This document shows, piece after piece, positions 49,550-62,189 of a stretch of 64,000 nucleotides of DNA (position 1 is the first letter of the stretch; every line of letters starts with the position of its first letter). The notes under the pieces were generated by a model. The model was not told the DNA's origin and made no database searches. It was given only the letters and a program-made list of their open reading frames with translations. The DNA comes from Antechinus flavipes (taxonomy: Eukaryota). The position numbers and the translations under genes are program-made. The stretch is from positions 78,802,001-78,866,000 of the forward strand of contig NC_067398.1 of the NCBI RefSeq assembly GCF_016432865.1. The letters are read 5' to 3'.

Positions 49550-50600
49550 GAAAACCAGAAGGGTCGCGATTTTGGAGCGTGTGGAAATAAATTTATCTGA
49601 CTAACTGCAGCCAGGCCGCCTCTGAAGGAGAGCCGCTCCGCCCCAGCAGAGGAAAAAGGAGAGACAGTACAGAAGAGGGTGGGACGGAGCCTAGAGAAGC
49701 CTCAGCAGGAGGGGATGGGCGAGGCTAAGAGCAACCCCTGGATAGGAGGGGCATAGAAGAGGAGGGCAAGAGGGGCGAGGCGGGGCCTAAAGAAACACGA
49801 GCAGGCAGAAGTGGGCGGGACCGAGAGAAACCCGGCTAGGAGGGGCGGAGCAAAAAGGCGTTCCCCCTCCCGCCCGCAGGCGGCGCTGTGGGGGCGGAGC
49901 ATGGGAGATGGGACGTACCCTCCCTTAGGCGGGCGGGACGGTGCCCCGGATGCAGGTCGCGGCCCGGATCTCTGAGGTCCCAATCCGCGTTATCCATCTC
50001 AGTACTAGGTGCTACTCGCCTGAGGATTCTGAGAGGTCATGGCCCCGGGGGCGCCTGCTCGGGTAAGAGCGGCTTCCACCCGGGACCCAAGTCTCCAGAA
50101 AGCTGGGCCGGTGGCCGGGTCGAGGGGTTGGGGCGAGGGTCATGTCCACAATAAATCATTTACCTGGAGATTTAAAGTTTGTCCAGTTTGTCCTCTACCT
50201 GTCATCCATAACTGCGTTATAGGGGCCCTAGTGACTTCTGCCCCCGAATCATCGTTCAGGCTTAAACCCTTGTGCGGGATTACCCAAAGGTCCTCGGTGT
50301 CTGGCTTGTCTCCCGCGTCCCCCAGCATGCTCGTTCCACGCTGGTGCGGGGGATGGAGAGACCGAAGCCGAAGTGATTGGTCTCCGGAGGAGGCCTTGCG
50401 GTGCTGCTGCTGCTGCAGCTACTGCTGCGGGGGGAGAGGGGGGGTTAGGGGCTCGTAGGAACGGCAGACTGTGGCCTTGAGACTTGGGGCATCAGGACAA
50501 GGGAGCCCCTGTGCCAGACACTTGGTAACACGTGAATGTTGTCCCCCCGGTGACCCTCCGAGGTAGACGAGCTGGGTTCTCAGATCCCCAAGTGTCCGAG
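49550..50600 (+). promoter_or_regulatory. CpG-island promoter and exon 1 region of gene 4
   Basis: CpG-rich; degenerate array of GC-box units at ~49670-49850; ATG at 50039; donor GTAAGA at 50063. Confidence 0.8.
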
Positions 50601-53600
50601 CACCTACCAACTTTCCCAGGTTACCAGCCTGTTCCTCCTTTCTCTGGGCAGCTTAGCACCCCAAACGTCCGAATGTCCTAGTAAAAGGACAAGATCTTGA
50701 ATGACCTGGAGCTTCCACGAGTTTTTACCTAATGGAAATCTGCTTTGCTTGAGCATTGGCCACCAGATGTCATACCTGAATAGGAAAAGAGGCCCCACTT
50801 CCTGACAAGATGCACATGGCTTTCTCTTGCGGAGCTATATGGTTACCTTAAAAATGCTGACAATAGTCCTCGTGGGAATCAATTTGTAGCACAGCAAGTG
50901 ACATGAATGGGGTTGAAAGAGTTGAGCTGAAGTAGTGATGAGAAGTAAAAGTGATGTTTCCTATTTGTGGTTCCAGATACCTGTGACATTTGATGACATC
51001 GCCATGTATTTCTCAGAGCAAGAATGGAGAAATCTGGAGGATTGGCAGAAGGACCTTTATAAGAACATAATGAAGTCCAATTATGAGACTTTGATCTTCC
51101 TGGGTAAGGGGCTTTAGAGAGGAACTTTATGGGTGACTCTCATGGAATCGGAGGCAGAAAAGAGCTTTGATACAGTCATCCATTGCTTGGCTTTTTCAGT
51201 AAGAAAGTCGGAAAGATGGTTATTAATATTTGCAGTTTTGCTTGGGTCTTCATTACTTGAGAGACTGAAATTGGTATTCCAATATGTAATATGGTATCCA
51301 TCATGCCACAAGGCAGCTGTGTTCACTAAACACTCTCAGGGTTGTCATCTGGTCTAATGTAAAGAAAGGCATGTCCGTTTCACAAGGGTTCCATCATTCA
51401 CCAAGCATTTATTCAGCTCTAAGGGCCAGGACACTGTGCTAAGGGATAGGATACAAAGACAAAATAAAACAATTTCTGCTCTCAAGGAACTCTGTGTGTG
51501 TGTGTGAAGTGTATATCCAATCACGAATGTATATATAACATAAATGGATAGACATATTACTTGCTTATTATACATGGTGTCATTTCATTTGTGTATGTAT
51601 AAATACATCATCCATGTTCAACATTTTTCTTTCCACTCATATATACAGACACATATTATATTTGTTAAATGTTATATAAAATGTCTGTTACCTAATTGGG
51701 TATGCATATACACATTACATATAATATTCATATAATGTGTATATCCCCTTATACACATATATACACATTATGTATATATTATATTTTAGTGGATACATAC
51801 TTTTTTTTGTTATTTGGTCACTTTTCAATAGTATCTGGTACTTCATGACCCCATTTGGGGTTTTCTTTGCAGAAATTACTATAGTGGCTTATCATTTCCT
51901 TCTCCAGCTCATTTTACAGATGAGGAAACTGAAGCAAACTGGGTTAAGTAACTTGCTCAGGGTCACATAGATAAGTGTCCAGGGTCGAATTTGAACTCAG
52001 GAAGATGTCTTCTGACTCTAGGCCTGGCACTCTATCTGCTTCATTTCCTAGTTGCCCCAGGCAGACATTACTTGTATATCATTCATAATATCTATAACCA
52101 ATAGTGCATATTATACATAACATAGTATATCACTTTGAGAGTATAAATGGAACCAAAAAGAGATTTGCTAAGAAGTGCCAGGGTACTAAAAACATGTTGT
52201 TATTGTTATTGTTGCCATTTTACATAGTGACATTCCCCTCTCTCTCTTCTCCCATCTTGGTCTCTTCAGCACACAGATATTTGAAATGAAAGGAACAATA
52301 ATGAATAAACAAGATACAATAAACAAAAATAAAATAGATATAAATAAAATAAAAAATAACAAATTTAATTTAAAAAAAGAACAATAATGAATAAAAATAC
52401 AAAAGTGAGGAACTTTCAGCCAAGTCAATAGATATTTATTCACTGCCCCACTATCTAGCTAGGAGATAGAGAATTATAAATATAAGTCTCTGCCATTACG
52501 TAATTTATCATCTTTCTAAATTTTTTTCATTTTCTTTCATACTAGCATCTTAATAAGCATCAATATCCGAACACTTCAATATACAAAGGAAAAACAAAAA
52601 GAAGATCATATAAGAACTGTGAACTGTTACAGAGTTTTGATTTTTTTTCTACTTCATCATTCAATTTGAGGGTTTTTTTATTGCTTACTTAAAATTTAAC
52701 ATGATAGTTTCAATATTGTCCTTCTTGGCCATGACCTATTCTGAGTTTCCTTTTGCTTTCTTCTGTTTATTTTCTTTTGATGAGCCATTGACTTCCTTAT
52801 TTTCTTCATTTTTAGTTTTTGTTTCACAATATTTGAAAATGTCTTTTTTATTCTGCAACTATTAGTCTATCATTGATCTTGCCAAAGGAGGCAATGCATG
52901 ATACATCATCAGTCTTCTAGAGTCATGATTAATCATTGCATTGACCATAGTTCTTCTCTTTCATAGTTGTTTTCTTTACCATATATGATCATTGTATGAG
53001 TCTGCCCAGAGTAATTTACAAAAGACTTACATATATGAAATCTATGGCAAACAGTACTAGATAGTAAATTATGCAATGTTAAATTTTGGTGGTAGAGATT
53101 AAAAGTTTTACAGGAATTCAAATAAGGAAGCACAATCTATAATAATGTGAGCTGAACTGGTCAGGGAGAGTTCAGAGAGAAGAAATGGATTTCAAGGGAG
53201 CTTTGAAGGAAGCAAAGTCAATTTATACTTGAAGCATGAAGTGATAAAAGAATACAGAGAAAAAGAAATTAAAGAAACATTCTGAAAGAATTATGAATAC
53301 CATCTGGGACTGTTTCTAAGAACTTCAGAAATTTTACATGAACTGATCCAGAGTGAAATGAAAAGAACCAGGAGAACAATTTTTGTGATTTCTTTTTATA
53401 ACTTTGAAAGGCTTTAGATTTTTGGTCAATGCAAGGTCCAGTCACAATTCCAGAAGATTAATAATGAAGAATACTTCTGACAAAGAAGTGATGGACTCAA
53501 AGGGATATATGTTTTTGGTTAGGGCCAATGTGGGAGTTTGTTTTTTCAACTATGTTTATTTATTACAAAGATTATGTTTTTTCTTCTTTCCCCGATCCCC

Positions 53601-55578
53601 AGATTTGATGAAGAGTTAGAAGGTTTGAAAAGTTCAGGTAGCAATAGAATTCCCTCTCCCCCCCAAAAAAAAGAAATTAAGAGAAGCAATACAAAATTTT
53701 TAATGGTCAGAAGAATAAGCAAGCAAAAAGTTATGTATTAAATTGATCATCTACTTAAATGGAAGAGCAATCTATATATAATAGAGATTCACAGTTTCGT
53801 ATATAATTGTCTTTTTCTGTACTATTTTGTATATGGAAATAATCATTTTGTTTGGTGTTTAAGTTTGATTTTTTTTAAAGAAGACTGTGACTGGTTGGGT
53901 TCCAGGGATAAAAGAGGAGGAATTAAATAACATATGCCTCTTTAATCCAGGAAACTGAGAAAATGTAGATGCCAGAATTACAAAAGCAATTTTAATGTTC
54001 TTTTTAAACTACAATATACCAATAGGTGGCAGCATGGTCTATGGAATGAAAGATCAAGTTTAGTGTCAAAAAACTTAAGTCATCCTGAATCTTTCATATA
54101 TTGGCTGTGACCATGGACAAGTGGCTTTCTCCTGTGCCCTAGGAAACCTTCTAAGATTAAGTTACAGAAGAGGTATTGATTTGCATCAGTGAAGCGAGTT
54201 TCCACACTAGTAATTTCCTTATTCCAATGAAATCCTTTATCTGGGACCAAAAGAAAATGTACCATGTAGCACGTTTCAAGAAGTTAAGAGCATGAGAAGA
54301 AGTCAAGCAGGATATTCAAATAGGTTCAATAGAGCATTGAGATGAGATACCTCAGCAACCTAGTTTTAAAAATCTTTCCCAAATTGCTTCACACTCAATT
54401 TAAGGATATTCAATTTAAGTAAATGTGATTCCTTCTTTGTGGGCTGTGTGCAGGCTGTGCCATTCCCAAGCCAGACTTGATCACCTGGATTGAACAGGGA
54501 CAAGAGCCATTCATCAGAGATCTGGAAAAATTGGAGAGAAGAGATCTGACAGTCAGCACCAGAGCTGTTGAGCATCTTGACTTGAAGAACACAGAGGAGC
54601 AGCTGTTTTGGGGTGAGTGAGAAAGAATGAGGACAGTGAAACTGAATATATATTTTGATATCGTTCTAGTTCTGAAACTTAACTCTTCCCCTCATATTGG
54701 GCTGAATTGTGGTTTGGAGTCTTAAGAGACGAGTGTCTCTTGACTTGAAGAGGACACAGACCTCAAACAACTTCACTGTCGATATTGGGGTCTGTCTTCT
54801 CCCACTTAATCTGTAGATGAGCTCTCTTCCGAGATTAGAACCTCATATTTTACCACATCATAACAGTTCTCAATATAAGAACTCTATAATTTCCAGAACA
54901 CTTTTGCCTATGTTATGCTAGTGATTATTACAGGAATTATTTGATTCTCATAACAATCCAAAATGTTAGAACAAACGTGGTTACCTTACAGATGAAGAGA
55001 TAGAAACCTAGTAGTTCATATTTTTTGCAAGATTAAGCAAGACACAGAACCCTGTGTTCTGGTCAGAAATTGAGGGAAACAGCAAGTTCTAATGGGCGGT
55101 CACCTTAGGGTATGATTAAATTAAGAAAGGTGGAGAAGATGTGGCTATTCATTCCCTGCTTCTATATATTTTTCCTTCTCTCCATGTCCTTAATTTAGGA
55201 AAAGCACTTTCCTACTTATGTTATAAAAATACGAATACCTTGAAAAGTTCAACTATATTGTTCCTTGGGGAGTCCTTGAATTTATTTCTTAAGCTAATAT
55301 TTCCCCTCTGAAGATCCATACCCATTTTGAGGCTGTTTCAAAATGATAGATGAATATGGTTCTCAAAATTCTTTGTCTCATCTCAAAGACTTATGTTGGT
55401 TAGACTGAAAAAAAATGTATCAGGGATTCAACACTTCAATTCTACAAGTATTTATTAAATGCCTTCTCTGTCCCCTGCTTTAGACAGTGAATACTCTGCC
55501 TACCATACAATCTAATTCCTGTTCTTCCTTGAGTCCTCTGGGAGAACCTCTATTCACAGAGTCAGGTTTTCTTAATAG

Positions 55579-55615
<37 letters not shown>

Positions 55616-57452
55616 TTTTATGACTTTATTGTTCTCTATCATTTCCCTGAGTCTCTGCAGTCTAGTAATTTTTGATTATGTTAATGAAGACTAAAGTCCC
55701 TCTTTGAAAAGTATCTCATTGTAGTATATGGTTGACCTTACAAAGGTTAGGTCAACTGAGCACATATTCTACCAACCTAAAAAGGCCTTGAGTGTTATAC
55801 TAGTGACATAGAATTGACTTTAAGAGCCACCTAGCTAATTTCAAGATTTCGCTCTAGAAGATCCACTGCCAGATGATAATGCTGGAAATTCTCAGCAACT
55901 AATGACACTATCCATCAGAGAGTGAAAGGGTTACTCTGCATGAAGAGAGAGAATGAACCCACATCAGTAAAATCAGAGACCTTTTGAAGAAATATAGAAA
56001 GACATTTGAAGAGTGATAGCTGCCCTAAAAGTGAGATCAAGGAGAACTGGATTCTTCAGTTAGCCTAGATCAGAGTCTAAAATGAAGGTGTCTAGAATGT
56101 ATAATAAATCACCTAGAATGTATAATTGTATTTTTGTTTTTTTTTTAATTCCAGAGGACCAGAAATCTTTGAGTTTACAAAAGGAAAAGCTATTTTTTTG
56201 TGATCTTCAAAACCAGGACTTATCTGATTTACTATCATCAAGAGAAAAAAGAGAAGATTCCTCTATTTATGGTCAACGAGGCTGTTCCTTAAAGAGCCAT
56301 TGTAAGCAAAATTCACAGTCTTTAGCTCCAAATATTCATAGTGTCCACTTGAACCATAAAACTGGGGGATCCCCTTCCTTCCAGAAAATTACCACGAGGC
56401 AGAGCATCTGCCCCTGTCCTGACTGCAGGAAAGCCTTCTGCCTAAAAGGTCATGTAGGCAAACATCAAAGCTACTCCAAAGACCAGATGGGCCAGCTGTT
56501 TAGGAAGCGATCTGCTCTCCAGAGACACCAGAGCATCCATGGATGGCCAAGGCACTTGCTACAGATGGAGAACAATGAAAAGGACTGCTGCTTAAAGAGT
56601 CACACAAAGGCAGAAGAGGGCCTGTACAAAACAGAGGAGGCATTTGTCCAGGACCTCGCCCACTTCATGGAATATACCAGATTGTACAAAGGCAAGAAGC
56701 TCTTCTGTTGCCCCAAATGCAGCAGGAGCTTCCCCAGGAAGAGCCTCCTGAAGGCCCACCAGTGTCTGCATGGCAGGGAGAGGCCCTTCTTCTGCCCTGA
56801 ATGTGGCAAGGCCTTCACTCAAAAATCTAGGCTCACTGAACACAGGAGAGTACACAGCGGGGAGAGGCCCTTCCGGTGCCCGGAGTGTGACGGGAACTTC
56901 CGTCTGAAAGCTGTTCTAAAAGCCCACCAGAGCACACACAGCAGGGAATGGCCTTTCACTTGTAGTGAATGTGGCAAAGGCTTCACGAGGCAATTCCACC
57001 TCGCAGAGCACCTCAGAATGCACACGGGGGAGAAGCCCTTCCAGTGCTCCCAGTGTGACAAGAGCTTCCGCCTGAAGGGCACCCTCAAGGTCCATCAGCG
57101 TGTGCACAGCAGGGATCGGCCCTTCTCTTGTGGGGAATGTGGCAAAGGCTTCACCCACCAGTATAAACTGACTGAGCACTTCCGAGTCCACAGTGGTGAG
57201 AAGCCCTTTCAGTGCCCTGAGTGTGGTAAGAGTTTCCGCCTGAAGAGTGGCCTGAATTACCACCAGCGCTTACACCATAAGGAGAGGCCGTTCTCCTGCA
57301 ATGAGTGTGGCAAGGGCTTTATTCATCAGTCGAGGCTCTCTACCCACATCAGAGTGCACACCAGGGGAAAGCCCCACGGCAACCTGAGTGACCCTGGCAA
57401 AGCCAAGCCAGGCCACCTCTTTAGGCTAATAGAGGAAGACTGGAGCTCGTAG
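50039..57452 (+). CDS. ZNF786: KRAB-C2H2 zinc-finger protein, probable ZNF786 ortholog (gene 4), 535 aa, 8 intact plus several degenerate fingers
   Basis: Exons 50039-50062, 50977-51103 ([17 protein letters not shown]...IMKSNYETL), 54454-54612 (ends EEQLFWG), 56155-57452 (ends [13 protein letters not shown]); 1608 nt in frame. As recalled, human ZNF786 has KRAB 'YFSEQEW...VMRSNYETL', an exon ending 'EEQLFWG', alternating RLKxxL/TxQxKLTEH fingers and a C-terminus 'LFAMIEADWS'. Coding structure is secure; the symbol is about 0.7. Confidence 0.85.
51835..52038 (-). mobile_element. MAR1-type SINE
   Basis: gacttcatgaccccatttgggg...catttccttctccagctcattttacagatgaggaaactg...ctagttgcccc. Confidence 0.8.
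53270..53620 (+). mobile_element. Old marsupial L1 3' fragment
   Basis: ttacatgaactgatccagagtgaaatgaaaagaaccaggagaaca (YELMQSE-like ORF2 end) followed by L1 3' UTR-like sequence. Confidence 0.6.
55583..55614. repeat. (CA)n microsatellite
   Basis: Pure CA run; other CA/TC runs lie at ~16190-16215 and ~25187-25260. Confidence 0.9.
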
Positions 57453-58433
57453 ATCCTAGGATGTGAGAACCTTAGAAATCATGTAGCCATCAACTAAGAT
57501 AGGATGCTGCCCAAGCATCACATAGCTAGTAAGGAGCAGAGATGGAACTAGAACCCGGATCGCTTGGCTCCTGCTATGGCCAGCTGAGCTGCCCTCACAG
57601 CAGACAGACCAGTTCTGTTGAAGGGTCAGTCATACTTCAGCTCTAGAAGTTTGTGCCCAAAGGCAGTTAGGTAGAGTCCTGTACCTGGAATCAGCAAGAT
57701 CTAAGTTCAAATCTGGCCTCAGACCCTTATTGTGAAGCCCTGGACAAATCATTTAACCTTGATTGCCTCAGTTTCTTCAGCTGTAAAATGAGGATAACAG
57801 CCTCCTTCCTTGAAGGGTCATTGTGAAGATCAAGTGAGATAATAGTTCTAAAATGTTTAGCACAGGGCTTCCCAAACTTCCATATCTTTGGCATTATCTA
57901 AATGCTGACTTCCTTCTCTTTCCTGCTTGATTCTTCCTGTTATGTTGTTTAAAGACTTGAGATGTTGACCCTCAGATACTGAGGACCAATCCGAGCCTGA
58001 GTGAAGAACAGGGAAAGGGTTCCTGGATATGGGATGGGAGATTTTCCCCTGCCAGTCCCAAGTTTAAAAGGATGGAGTGAGCAGTTATTTGCCTCTTCCA
58101 TTGGCCCAGCAGAATGATCCCAATTTCATTGCTTAATCTTTTTAAAGTCTTTGCAGGCATGAGCATAATTGGCAAGTCTGTTTCTTTAATGTAGTTTGTC
58201 AACAACAGCAATAATAAATGGAGTCACTCTGGAAACTAGGTTGATGTGCATAGTGAATAAGGAAGACTCAACTGACCTAATGTTCACTCTGTAGTTTCAC
58301 CAGACAGCAACTCTGCCATTGGCTGGATCCCAAATATATTAAGCCTCTAATGATTTCAATAGTTCATAAAACCTGGAAAGCCCTGATTGTTCCTGGTTGG
58401 GTAAGGGAGTGGGAAAGGGGATTAGAGCCTTAG

Positions 58434-58638
58434 TAACAATTGTCAATTAATAAGAAATTAACAAAAGATTGCTTCCCTATTGTCAGGACCCAGTTGCAGT
58501 TAGTATAAATTCTTAGTAGATCCATCAGCAGCCTTTTATAAGAAATATTCAGGGCCAGGACCAGAAGACACACTACTGCTTGGAATTGAAGCTGATCACA
58601 CTTCTCATGGGCAAGCTGGTCTTTTTCATTCAGTATGA
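58434..58638 (+). repeat. 205-bp direct repeat, copy 1 (copy 2 at 60794-60998)
   Basis: Same length, about 16 substitutions (mostly transitions), no indels by manual alignment. Confidence 0.92.
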
Positions 58639-58724
58639 CCCATATTTCCTGAGTGCTTCCTCTGGGCAGAGATGACTATGTATGCTGCATCTACCATTCC
58701 TACTTTTTTTGGTGGGGGAGAGGG

Positions 58725-58990
58725 GCTTTTTAATTAAAACTTTTTATTTTTCAAAATATATGCATAGATATTTCTGCAACATTAGCCCTTGCAAAACCTT
58801 GTTTCCCCCTCTTCTCCCACCTCCCCTCCCATGGCAAATAGTCCAATATATGTTAAACATGATAGAAATATATGTTAAATCCAATATATGCATACATATT
58901 TATACAATTATCTTGCTGTACAAGAAAAATCAAATCAAACCAGAAAAGAAAATGAAGGAAATAAAATGCAAGCAAACAGCAATAAAAAAG
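58725..58990 (-). mobile_element. L1 3' UTR fragment (dasyurid-type)
   Basis: ttttatttttcaaaatatatgcatag...caacattagcccttgcaaaacctt...aaatgcaagcaaac. Confidence 0.75.
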
Positions 58991-60664
58991 AGTACCATTC
59001 CTACTTTAGTCAGAGGAATATGGTGCCATGAATTACCAAATTAAATCTTTGATAGCTCTTTCCAGATAGACATTCATCAGGAGTTAATTATACCATGTTT
59101 ATTCCTGAAGATCTGTATACTTTCTCACTACATAGATGCTCCTTGCTCTGTAGTGACACAGCTTTTCCTCTTGGGCCAGAGGAGTTGTCACAAGCCCAGT
59201 CACTCTGTCCTTTGCCTCCAGCTCTAGAGAAATGGAGATTAATGTGGATTATGGAAACCAGTATAGAAAAATGTGGCTTTCAGTAATTTCTCTTCCGGCT
59301 TTGAAATATATTTTAAGAATGTTTTTCATCATTTAAAAAAATCTTTACAATATTATGTCTATCATTATAGTGTTTAGTCAGTTGGATAGTAAAAAAGAAA
59401 CCAAAAAACAACCTGTCCCTTTTATTCCTTGTGTTAATAGTTAACCTGATTTGCTACTTTGCCAAGTGTTTGATCAAGCACCTGATCATGCCAATGGCCT
59501 GAAAAAGAGACCGAATTATTAGTAATTTCGTAGATGAGAATACTAAAAAGAACTTAACCAGTCACTGCCACCAAGTGGCAGTAGCTGAATGCAGTAGAGA
59601 GTTATGTGAACTCACTGGTTTGCCCCTGACAAAGAAAAGGGTAGATAAACCTCCCTGCTTGCCAGCTTAGGCCTAGTCTCTGCTGTCTGAAACTAGTTTA
59701 GGCCCAGAGCAGGAGGTGATTTCAAGCTGCTCAAGGAAGGTTTTCCACTTAGAACCCACTATACAAGGGAAGGTAGCCAACACAGACGGGAAGAGATAAG
59801 CAGACACCCCTCGGAAAGTCTGAGGACACGGCTTCTCTCTCAAATGGTCGCACCCTGCGCTCCTCCTTGGAAGTAAGCCAGGTTAGAATTGTTCTCTTCA
59901 GGAAAAGCTTCCTATGTGATTTAAAAGGTCCCTTGCCTTTATTTAGTTGGCCAGAGAAGTCTTTCAAAGAGAAGTGGTCCTGTATCCAATGTTGCCTTTC
60001 TATCAGGTGTCAATAATCTGAGCAAAAGAGTCCTATTAGAGGCAGCTAGACAACATTGGATAGAACAGCTCCTCAAGAGCACTTGCGTTCAAATGCAGCC
60101 TTAGACATTTGACACTAGCTATGTGACCCTTAACCCAATTGCCTCCTCCCAAAAAAGAGCACTACTAAAATGTCCCACCAAAAAATTATACTAATGTATT
60201 CTGTGATTTGGGCATATATGTGCCAGAAATAATTGAATAAATATCCAAATAATTACTACATTGGAGAGAGAGATGTTCAAACTGTTGTGGTCATGGCTGC
60301 CCTGAGATAATTTCAGGTAATATTTATAGGAATCTTGAATAAGGAATAGATCATAATATATTAAAATACAAGTTGGGGTTAACATTCTTGGATGTGGAGT
60401 CAGGGAGACCTGAGTTCAAATCAAGCCTCAGATACAGTAGCTATGTAACTTTGAGCAAGTCACCTAATTTCAGTTTCCTCATCTATAAAATGGGAATAAT
60501 TGCATTTACCTCTCTAAATTGTAGTGAGGATAAACTGAGATGCTGTTTGCAAACATGAAAGCTATTTAAATACTAAAGTTACTATTCGATAATTTGAGTT
60601 CCTTCCTGGATTATTCATAGATAAGACTGATTGATTGATTGATTGATTGAAAAGCATTCCTAAT

Positions 60665-60793
60665 GGGGCAGCTAGGTGGTGCAATGGATAGAGCACCAGC
60701 CCTGAAGTCAGGTGGATCTGAGTTCAAATTTGACCTCAAACACTTAATACTTCCTAGCTGTGTGACCCTGGGCAAGTCACTTAACCCCAATTG
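60665..60793 (+). mobile_element. WSINE1-type SINE lacking its normal tail, fused to the 205-bp repeat copy 2
   Basis: GGGGCAGCTAGGTGGTGC...ttaaccccaattg, then directly taacaattgtc... Confidence 0.85.
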
Positions 60794-60998
60794 TAACAAT
60801 TGTCAATTAATAAGAAATTAACAAAAGGTTGTTTTCTTATTGTCAGGACTCGGTTGCAGTTAGTATAAATTCTTAGTAGACCCATCAGCAGCCTTTTATA
60901 AGAAATATTCAGGGCCAGGACCAGAAGACACACTACCACTCGGAACTAAAGCTGATCAGATTTCTCATGGGCAAACTGGTCTTTTTCATTCGGTATGA
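60794..60998 (+). repeat. 205-bp direct repeat, copy 2
   Basis: About 92% identical to 58434-58638. Confidence 0.92.
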
Positions 60999-62189
60999 AT
61001 GAAAAAAGATGTTCCTGTCATCAGTATCTTAAATTTTGATTTCAAAGTACAGTAAAAAATGACCAGTCAGTCTGAGCATTAATCACTCCCAGGGAGTAAG
61101 AAGGCAATCTTTTACTTAGATGAGATCAACTTGGTTATTACCCTTACTCCATTTCAAAGGAAGGCTCTAGCCTTTGTTATTCTTTCCTAAAGGGAAAAGT
61201 CTAGAAGGGGTTTTAGGCTGGAGAAAAAATATTTCTTAATAATTCTAGAAAAACTAAAAAGGTTTTTTTTTAATATGTTTCCATACTTTGCATCCCTTCC
61301 ATAGCTTATTCAGACTAAATTAAAAGTCAAACTACCTTCATCTGGAGGTAAAACCCATTATAAAAGTATACATAGGAAACAAGATTTAAAAAGTCTGAAG
61401 TTCCAAAAAACTAATGCACATTCACCCTGAAGCAAGGAGGCTGAGGGAGAGGAAGGAATTGGAGAATGGACAAAGTCTCCCAACAGCCAGACAAGCACAG
61501 CCAGAAAACAGCAAGTTCTGTCCCCATAGACTACTCCTTAAGCAGATATGTGAGCCAGATAAAGTTCCAACTGCTCAAAATTCTGTTAATGGGGATTGCA
61601 GTGTCCTTGCTGTCAGCTCCCATCAGTGGCATGTCTACTCTCCACCTCCTTTTTGTAGCTCTCAACAGCCTGGACTAGAGATATGGGGTTTCATGCCACA
61701 AAGAATGCAAAAAAGCACTCAAATCAAGTTCAAATATAAACTTTTTATAAACTGTCATCTGGAGGGCTTCACTTTCCCAGGAACCTGACTTACACTACAA
61801 TCCTTGAGCTGAGTCCTACACTCTACCAGATGAGAAAAAAATTTTAGGTTTCTAGAGATTCAAGCAATTGAATCATCAAGTGAACCCCATCTTCTCCAGA
61901 GATTTAGGTAGTCTTTTCAAATTAAGGGTGATCCCTTGTATTGATTATATAGAGTTCTCCTTCCCCAAATGAATATAGCTCTTGGGTGGTTAAAAAGTTG
62001 GATATCATTCCCTGAGATGTGAACACTCATGGGTACTAGTGAAGGAGGAAAATCTAGCTTTGCAGCTTCACTTTATGACTTTGTGTTTTGGGGCTTCCTT
62101 AGCTCCCTTTGTGATTCAAGTGATGAAATCATAGTAACAATTCCTAGTTTGAAATATCAATATGACAAATTCACAATGGCTATTCTCTT

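Noticed and set aside
56092-56126. Short tandem duplication ctagaatgtataat (period 21) near the gene 4 exon 4 acceptor; similar 20-bp duplication at ~8780-8815
   Set aside because: Ordinary slippage events; acceptor and polypyrimidine tract intact.
59640-60010. Unique-looking segment with a 72-aa minus-strand ORF, considered as an exon of a neighbouring gene such as PDIA4
   Set aside because: No recognisable protein similarity or splice-bounded frame.
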